Source: Nitrospirota bacterium
Lineage (GTDB): Bacteria; Nitrospirota; UBA9217
DNA length: 64,000 nucleotides
Direction of reading: 5' to 3'
NCBI GenBank assembly: GCA_963751455.1
Contig: CAVVUN010000002.1
Coordinates: 1-64,000, forward strand
Positions 58,739 to 64,000 of the stretch are shown here, piece by piece. Every line of letters starts with the position of its first letter. The stretch's first letter is position 1. The position numbers and the translations under genes were made by a program. Below the pieces are notes generated by a model that worked only from the letters and a program-made list of their open reading frames with translations, was not told the DNA's origin and ran no database searches.

Positions 58739-60091
58739 TCATTCTCTTGCTAAAAACTCCTGAACAAACAGCGGTTCCGATTCGATCACATCACGGAATA
58801 TCGCGACTATCCGGGGAGCGAACTGCTTGCCGGAAAATCGGGTAAGCTCCCGGAGAGCTTCTTCATGAGAAAACGGCTTTTTGTAGGGACGCGCCGAGGT
58901 CATGGCGTCAAAGGCATCAGCCACAGCTATTATTGCCGCGTGAAGCGGAATGTCTTCTCCTCGAAGCCCGTCGGGATAGCCTTCTCCGTTGAACCACTCA
59001 TGGTGATGTCTCACGCCCGGGATGTATTTCTGAAGTGAAGAGGCCCTGCTCAGAATAGCCGCACCGAATTCGCTATGGTTTGCGATTTCATCGCGTTCCA
59101 GCGGGTCCAGAGGACCTTCCTTCAGCAGAAGGTAATCGGGCATCTTTAGCTTTCCGACATCATGGAAAAGACTTGCCAATTCCAGATCTTCAAGCTCTGA
59201 GCCGGCAAGCCCCATTGCTTTACCGATTTTTAATGATAATTTTGAGACCCGCGTTGAATGGCCGAGAGTATACGGATCGCGTGCGTCGATTGCCGCGGCA
59301 AGCACTTTTACTGTCGAGCGATAGGCTTCTTCCAGCTCTCTTGCAGAATCCGTAAGCCTCGTCTGCTGCTGTGTAATCAATTCCGCCATCTGGTTGAAGC
59401 TGGCCGTCAAATGTCCGAGTTCATCGTGCGCGTAAATTCTCAGCCGAGAACTTTTGCCTCTTTTGAGTTCCCGTACGCCGAGGGAAAGTTCTTTGATCGG
59501 CCGGGTCACAAAGGAGGACAGCACAATAATACAACCAATGCCGAGCATTATAACGATCACGAATCCCGCAATGATTCTTTTGCGCGTTTCCGCCCTCGCC
59601 CTGAGCAAGGCCGACTTATTCATGCCGATGACGAATAAGCCTACCTGCTTTTTATTGAAGATCATCGGCGTAACAATTTCAAAACGATCTGCTTCATTCT
59701 TTACTTCATAGATATGAGTCCCGTCCCCTGCTTTCTGGATAGTTTTGCCCGGGGACGGAGTAAATCTACCGCCGGTATTTGTCATATTGCTATGCGCAAT
59801 TATGTTCATGCCGGAATCCGTGACTATCACGTACTCCACATCCTCATTTGCCGCCTTGACCTTCGAAACAATATTGATCATTCCGAGTAAATCACCCGAA
59901 AGAATGCTATACGGGGCCAAAGCTGCCGTGCTCTTGCTGAGCGACTCTGCACGCTTTATGACTTCGTCCATAATATACCGGTTCACGGTATTTACCGTCA
60001 GGACAGTGAAAATAGATGCAGTGACCAAAAGCAGAATGGTAATGAAGAGAGCAATTTTAAATTTAAGTTTACCGAAAATATGTTTTATCAT
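58739..60091 (-). CDS. Membrane sensor with HAMP and HD-GYP cyclic-dinucleotide phosphodiesterase domains
   Basis: Two TMs, DELG.L..SFN.M, DPYT.GHS.RV, HDVGK and HHEWFNG.GYPDGL. Confidence 0.9.
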   Translation of the reverse strand: MIKHIFGKLKFKIALFITILLLVTASIFTVLTVNTVNRYIMDEVIKRAESLSKSTAALAPYSILSGDLLGMINIVSKVKAANEDVEYVIVTDSGMNIIAHSNMTNTGGRFTPSPGKTIQKAGDGTHIYEVKNEADRFEIVTPMIFNKKQVGLFVIGMNKSALLRARAETRKRIIAGFVIVIMLGIGCIIVLSSFVTRPIKELSLGVRELKRGKSSRLRIYAHDELGHLTASFNQMAELITQQQTRLTDSARELEEAYRSTVKVLAAAIDARDPYTLGHSTRVSKLSLKIGKAMGLAGSELEDLELASLFHDVGKLKMPDYLLLKEGPLDPLERDEIANHSEFGAAILSRASSLQKYIPGVRHHHEWFNGEGYPDGLRGEDIPLHAAIIAVADAFDAMTSARPYKKPFSHEEALRELTRFSGKQFAPRIVAIFRDVIESEPLFVQEFLARE

Positions 60092-60346
60092 TATAACTTT
60101 TTTATCACAAGATTCCGATACAGTCAAATTGGTTTTATAGAAGACAAGCCGTAATGTGTTATTTTAGCGCTAAAATGAAAGTTAATGCTATTTTCTTTTG
60201 CGATATAACGAAACGCAGGAAAAATCGGGCAAATCATAAATTCGCTGTAAAAGCTGAATTTATAGGCTTGATAATTACGCAAAAATATGCTGTAATAACC
60301 CACACTGGGTAATAATTGTGAAGCGCGAAACGAAGAGGGAGGGGCG

Positions 60347-60784
60347 ATGGGAACAGGAAACCAGGTTGTTGCGCGGTTCAATGACGGGAGAGTGGTCAAA
60401 GGGTACACCAATGGGTTCTCGTCGGAGTCGAAAACTATTATGGTTCAGGAAGTAAAGAGCGGCAATGTCGTTGATATTCCCGTTGCCGAGCTCAAGGCCC
60501 TTTATTTCATTAAGTCTTTTGACGGCGACGAGGAACGCCGTGAGAGAAAGGCTTTCGGCATTAATGCGAATACCGGCCGTAAAGTTTATATCAAGTTTAA
60601 CGACAGGGAGTCATTGGTGGGTTTTATCGAAGGGGAAATTCCATGGTCTAAAGGGTTTTTTCTTTCGAAGGAGCGAAGTAAAGCAAATGGTTTTTTCGTG
60701 GTTCCTGCCGACAGTAACTCTAACAATGACAAAGTGTTTGTTGTCGGGAGTTCGATAAAGGATGTTACCGTAATGGTGAAATAG
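60347..60784 (+). CDS. Conserved hypothetical protein (DUF6982-like)
   Basis: VVARF.DGRV.KG, LKAL.F.K.F.G and V...F.D.E...G...GFF..PAD...NN; GAGGGG RBS. Confidence 0.65.
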   Translation: MGTGNQVVARFNDGRVVKGYTNGFSSESKTIMVQEVKSGNVVDIPVAELKALYFIKSFDGDEERRERKAFGINANTGRKVYIKFNDRESLVGFIEGEIPWSKGFFLSKERSKANGFFVVPADSNSNNDKVFVVGSSIKDVTVMVK

Positions 60785-60863
60785 AGGAGCTGATTTCCGA
60801 ACGTGGAATCAATCCCCGATCCGAAGAGCAACAAGAAAGCAAAAAGGTTGTGTCCGCGACTTT

Positions 60864-61355
60864 TCAGCCGCTGGTCCCGGTTGGCTCACTCCGCGGAGTC
60901 CGCTGGAGAGGTTGGTCTTGAGAAGGGGCTTTTTGAGACTGCTGAGTTGAACCGGGCTCAGTTTCGGAAGCGGGAGGAACCGGAGCCTGTTTGTCCGTTT
61001 CAACAGGTTCCACGGGTTTATACCGGCTCGGCGTGAAATTGGGGTTCAACTCATATGCTTCATTGAAGCTTTCCATCGACTTTTTCCTGCTTTCGGCGTC
61101 ATCATTCTTCCTGCCTTTCATATAGTAAGCGTATCCCAGATAATAGTAGCCTTCGGCGTCCGGATTGATAGAAACAGCTTCCTCCAACTCGGAAATTGCA
61201 GGCTCATATTTTTTTTCTTTCAGAAGATCTATCCCTTTCTCGATATGCTTTGTCGAGGCTTCCGTATCAAAGAGGGGTTCTTGAGCGGACGCAGACTGAA
61301 TCCCGGCGGTAATTATCGCTATGAAAACCAGCGTGACCATTATGCTGCGCATCAT
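60864..61355 (-). CDS. Secreted TPR protein with Pro/Gln-rich tail
   Basis: AGGAGG RBS, signal peptide, A...LEEAV.INP.AE.YYYLG.AY TPR pattern. Confidence 0.75.
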   Translation of the reverse strand: MMRSIMVTLVFIAIITAGIQSASAQEPLFDTEASTKHIEKGIDLLKEKKYEPAISELEEAVSINPDAEGYYYLGYAYYMKGRKNDDAESRKKSMESFNEAYELNPNFTPSRYKPVEPVETDKQAPVPPASETEPGSTQQSQKAPSQDQPLQRTPRSEPTGTSG

Positions 61356-61544
61356 CTCCTCCTTAAACGCCTTAAATTACTGTAACAATATCACAGCCAT
61401 TCGCAGGAAGTCAACAATATGTGATCCTTACTTTTTTTGCCTTGACAGGATTCCGCTCCGTGCAGTACTATAAAGCACTTTTTTTACCGGGCGATAAAGC
61501 CTGTACTGGACAATTTATCAGCTGAGATTTTGAGAGGAGTCAAT

Positions 61545-61748
61545 ATGCCGTTCTATGAATATGTCTGCGAGGCGTGCGGCAAGGATTTCGTGCTCTTGCA
61601 GTCCATGACTCATAAAGTGGAAGAAACAGTCTGTCCCTATTGCAGCGAGAAGAAGGCAAAAAAAATGCTTTCCAGGTTCTCATCGCCCGGAGCTGACCAT
61701 TCGAGCTGCGGAACAAGCGGGGCTTCCTGGGGCGGCGGGGGCGGCTGA
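61545..61748 (+). CDS. FmdB family zinc ribbon protein
   Basis: MP.YEY.C..CG..F...CP.C; GAGGAG RBS; TTGACA promoter-like site at 61442. Confidence 0.85.
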   Translation: MPFYEYVCEACGKDFVLLQSMTHKVEETVCPYCSEKKAKKMLSRFSSPGADHSSCGTSGASWGGGGG

Positions 61749-61786
61749 AGCATTTAAAAAAACCGCCGTGAGCGGGGAGAAAAGCC

Positions 61787-61819
61787 AGCCTGAGAGTCCT
61801 TCGATTCTCAGGCTTTTTT
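61787..61819 (+). terminator. Intrinsic terminator
   Basis: AGCCTGAGA ... TCTCAGGCT followed by TTTTT. Confidence 0.65.
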
Positions 61820-61956
61820 GTGCAACATCAAAAGTAAGCGCCAAATAACTATTGTACGCAGCAAGCACTGGTAAACACTGGGTGCGAGTACTTGGTTCCG
61901 GTCTCGCCTGGTACGTAAACGCCGGGCGCGGACCGAGATATTTTTTTGTATAAATT

Positions 61957-62877
61957 ATGGAATCCGCCATTTCTCTGAAAACCTTTCTTAATCCGCGGTA
62001 CTGGTACGCATGGCCGGTGCTGGGGTCCATGATGCTGCTGAGCTGGATGCCGCGCTCCGTCCTGTGGGTGCTGGGGAGTGCGATCGGCTGGCTCTTCTAC
62101 TGGCTGCCCTCCCCTGCGTGCCGTATCGCGGCCAGGAACATCGAGCTTTGCTTTCAAGATCGTGCTCCGAGTGAGCGGCGCAGCATGGTACAAGCCCATT
62201 TTCGACTTTGCGGCTTTGCCGTTCTCTGTCTCGGCGTCGGCTGGTGGGCGCCGAAATGGCGCATTAAGCGTTTCATCAAGCTCCACAACTCCCACTATGT
62301 GCACGACGCATATGCACGAGGCAAGAACGTGATACTGCTTGCGCCGCATTTTATCGCGCTGGACATCGGCGGAATACGCACATCGATCGAGAAGACTGTC
62401 GTAACCCTGTACCGGAAAGCTAGAAATCCGCTTATCGAATATATGTTTCAAAGACGCACGCGATTTGGCGCAGTTACTATAGAGCGCTTGGCAAGCCTCA
62501 AGCCGATCATTCGGCATATCCGGGAGGGCATGCCGTTTTACTATCTACCCGATCAGGACATGGGGGAGCGCGCAAGCGTGTTCGTTCCTTTCTTCGGAAT
62601 ACCGACGGCGACCGTGATGGCTCTCAGCCGGATCGCTCAGATCACGAACGCCGAGGTCGTTCCCTGTATTACCCGCCTCATGCCCAAAGGGCGGGGGATC
62701 GAAGTCACATTGCATCCCGCGCTGGAAAATTTCCCGACTGACGACCCTGAGGCCGATGCCCGGCGGATGAATGAGGAAATCGAGAAATGGGTGCGCGAAA
62801 TGCCCGAACAATACATGTGGTCCTACCGCCGTTTCAAGACCAGGCCGAACAACGAGCCGTCCCTGTACGGGAAATAG
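61957..62877 (+). CDS. lpxL: Lipid A biosynthesis acyltransferase, LpxL/HtrB family
   Basis: A.RNIELCF, PHF...D, LPDQD, VPFFG and PEQY.W..RRFKTRP. Confidence 0.85.
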   Translation: MESAISLKTFLNPRYWYAWPVLGSMMLLSWMPRSVLWVLGSAIGWLFYWLPSPACRIAARNIELCFQDRAPSERRSMVQAHFRLCGFAVLCLGVGWWAPKWRIKRFIKLHNSHYVHDAYARGKNVILLAPHFIALDIGGIRTSIEKTVVTLYRKARNPLIEYMFQRRTRFGAVTIERLASLKPIIRHIREGMPFYYLPDQDMGERASVFVPFFGIPTATVMALSRIAQITNAEVVPCITRLMPKGRGIEVTLHPALENFPTDDPEADARRMNEEIEKWVREMPEQYMWSYRRFKTRPNNEPSLYGK

Positions 62878-62933
62878 TTGGGATTGCCCGGCAGAGTCCG
62901 GATGATAAAACGGACAAATAAATCTAAAAGGAA

Positions 62934-63080
62934 TTGGGACGCGGAAAAATCGGGAAACGCTGATAAGGCAGCAAAGCATCGCCTGACAAGACTGGATTCT
63001 GCCTTCGCAGGAATGACGTTTTTGAGTAAATTAGACTCTCGTATTTTAATCCGTGTCATCTGCGTTTATCTGCGTCCAAA
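62934..63080. repeat. CGCAGAT-type inverted-repeat shell with a nested GATTC.GCCTTCGC.GGAATGAC hairpin
   Basis: TTGGGACGCGGA...AACGCTGATAA, nested CTGGATTCTGCCTTCGCAGGAATGAC (62992-63017), right arm ATCTGCGTTTATCTGCGTCCAAA. Confidence 0.75.
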
Positions 63081-63101
63081 GGGGCCTTATTACATAGCCA
63101 C

Positions 63102-63824
63102 ATGCAGACCTGGAACCTCATCGATACGGGCTTTAATACCGGCGCTTACAACATGGCATTTGATGAAGATCTGCTGACCCGCGCCCAGGCACGGGAAAGC
63201 GTGCCTGTGCTCCGGCTTTACGGATGGAGCCCGGCGGCGGTCTCTCTCGGCAGGTTCCAGAAAATTGAGGAAGCGGTCAACGTTACGGCCTGCAAAGAAC
63301 TCGGCGTCGATATTGTGAAGCGTGTTACCGGAGGACGGGCAGTGCTTCATCGGGATGAACTGACGTACAGTATTATCGCGAGGACCGATAACACGCTCTT
63401 TCCGAACAGCATCCTGGAAACATACAAGCTTATCGCACGCGGCATGCTCGCGGGCTTCGGCAATCTCGGAATCCGCGCTGAGATGGTTTCGCGTGGAGGA
63501 AGGAACGCACATCTCGTAAAAGGAAACTCGGACGATGCTGCGTGCTTTTCCTCGCCATCCTGGTACGAGATCCTTGTCGCGGGGAAAAAGATCGCCGGAA
63601 GCGCGCAGCGGAGAATACCGGGCGCCTTTCTTCAACACGGCTCGATACTGATCCAATATGATCGCTCGCTCGAGTCCAGAATCATCCGGAGTCGATGCAC
63701 CAATGACGTCGTTACGTGCATCCGGCGGGAGACGGGGAGGGATATTTCGCTTGACTGCGTTAAACAAGCATTTGTCAAAGGTTTTTCAGACGCCCTGGAT
63801 ATTCGTTTCAGCTCGCGGAATTAA
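63102..63824 (+). CDS. Lipoate-protein ligase / LipM-like octanoyltransferase
   Basis: NMA.DE.L, LR.Y.W....S.G.FQ, R.TGG.AVLH, K..GSAQ.R and LQHGS. Confidence 0.85.
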   Translation: MQTWNLIDTGFNTGAYNMAFDEDLLTRAQARESVPVLRLYGWSPAAVSLGRFQKIEEAVNVTACKELGVDIVKRVTGGRAVLHRDELTYSIIARTDNTLFPNSILETYKLIARGMLAGFGNLGIRAEMVSRGGRNAHLVKGNSDDAACFSSPSWYEILVAGKKIAGSAQRRIPGAFLQHGSILIQYDRSLESRIIRSRCTNDVVTCIRRETGRDISLDCVKQAFVKGFSDALDIRFSSRN

Positions 63825-64000
63825 CTAAAACATTAAAGCCTGCATCTTCCGGCTCTGTTATAATAACCTATAAGAACCTTCATCGTTCATCATGAATCTT
63901 GTCACAAACTGCGCTCGAATAAGCTTCGCATTCTTAAGAACCGGGATGCTCTGTCGCCTCAGGACGGAGTTGGGAGAACTTCAATATTTCCATGACAAAA

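Noticed and set aside
63930-64000. 3' end of a minus-strand gene at the window edge
   Set aside because: Only about 20 codons are visible, too few to support a call.

Overview
Bacterial chromosomal segment from a diderm organism. It carries a lipid A acyltransferase; the 16S sequence and gene style suggest Nitrospirota or a deltaproteobacteria-like lineage (inference, not checked against a database). Many genes between about 4 and 42 kb are split by single-base indels, most likely uncorrected long-read consensus errors rather than true pseudogenes. Left to right: (1) a lipoprotein with five near-identical 261-bp RCC1-like repeats; (2) a minus-strand respiratory cluster joining alternative complex III (actB, actC/D, actF, actA, an actE-like cytochrome) to a divergent cbb3-type oxidase (ccoN, diheme ccoO, ccoS), interrupted by passenger DNA (GYD gene, RelE-type toxin-antitoxin pair, two ORFs separated by a degenerate attC-like site, a secreted protein); (3) an orphan NarJ-like chaperone, SOD, a ferritin-like protein and a phhB-pteridine reductase-folB/folX-folK-folE pterin cluster; (4) alkA, a methyltransferase, a thioesterase and a cohesin/dockerin-like protein; (5) hemE-hemH-[GxxExxY]-hemG/Y, ABC transport genes, gap-pgk-tpiA-secG, DUF1015, ribF, an unannotated 22-aa Lys-rich peptide gene and tyrS; (6) a divergent pair of a SWIM-SNF2 helicase and a TOTE-type primase-helicase-PLD gene; (7) a complete rrn operon (16S, tRNA-Ile, tRNA-Ala, 23S, 5S), smpB and housekeeping or signalling genes. 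The most striking unexplained structure is a set of dispersed intergenic inverted-repeat shells built from 9-10-nt (CGCAGAT/CACAGAT) or 7-nt (TTCGAAA-like) units. They sit between co-transcribed genes; one is loaded with a GxxExxY gene and the others are empty or carry nested mini-hairpins.
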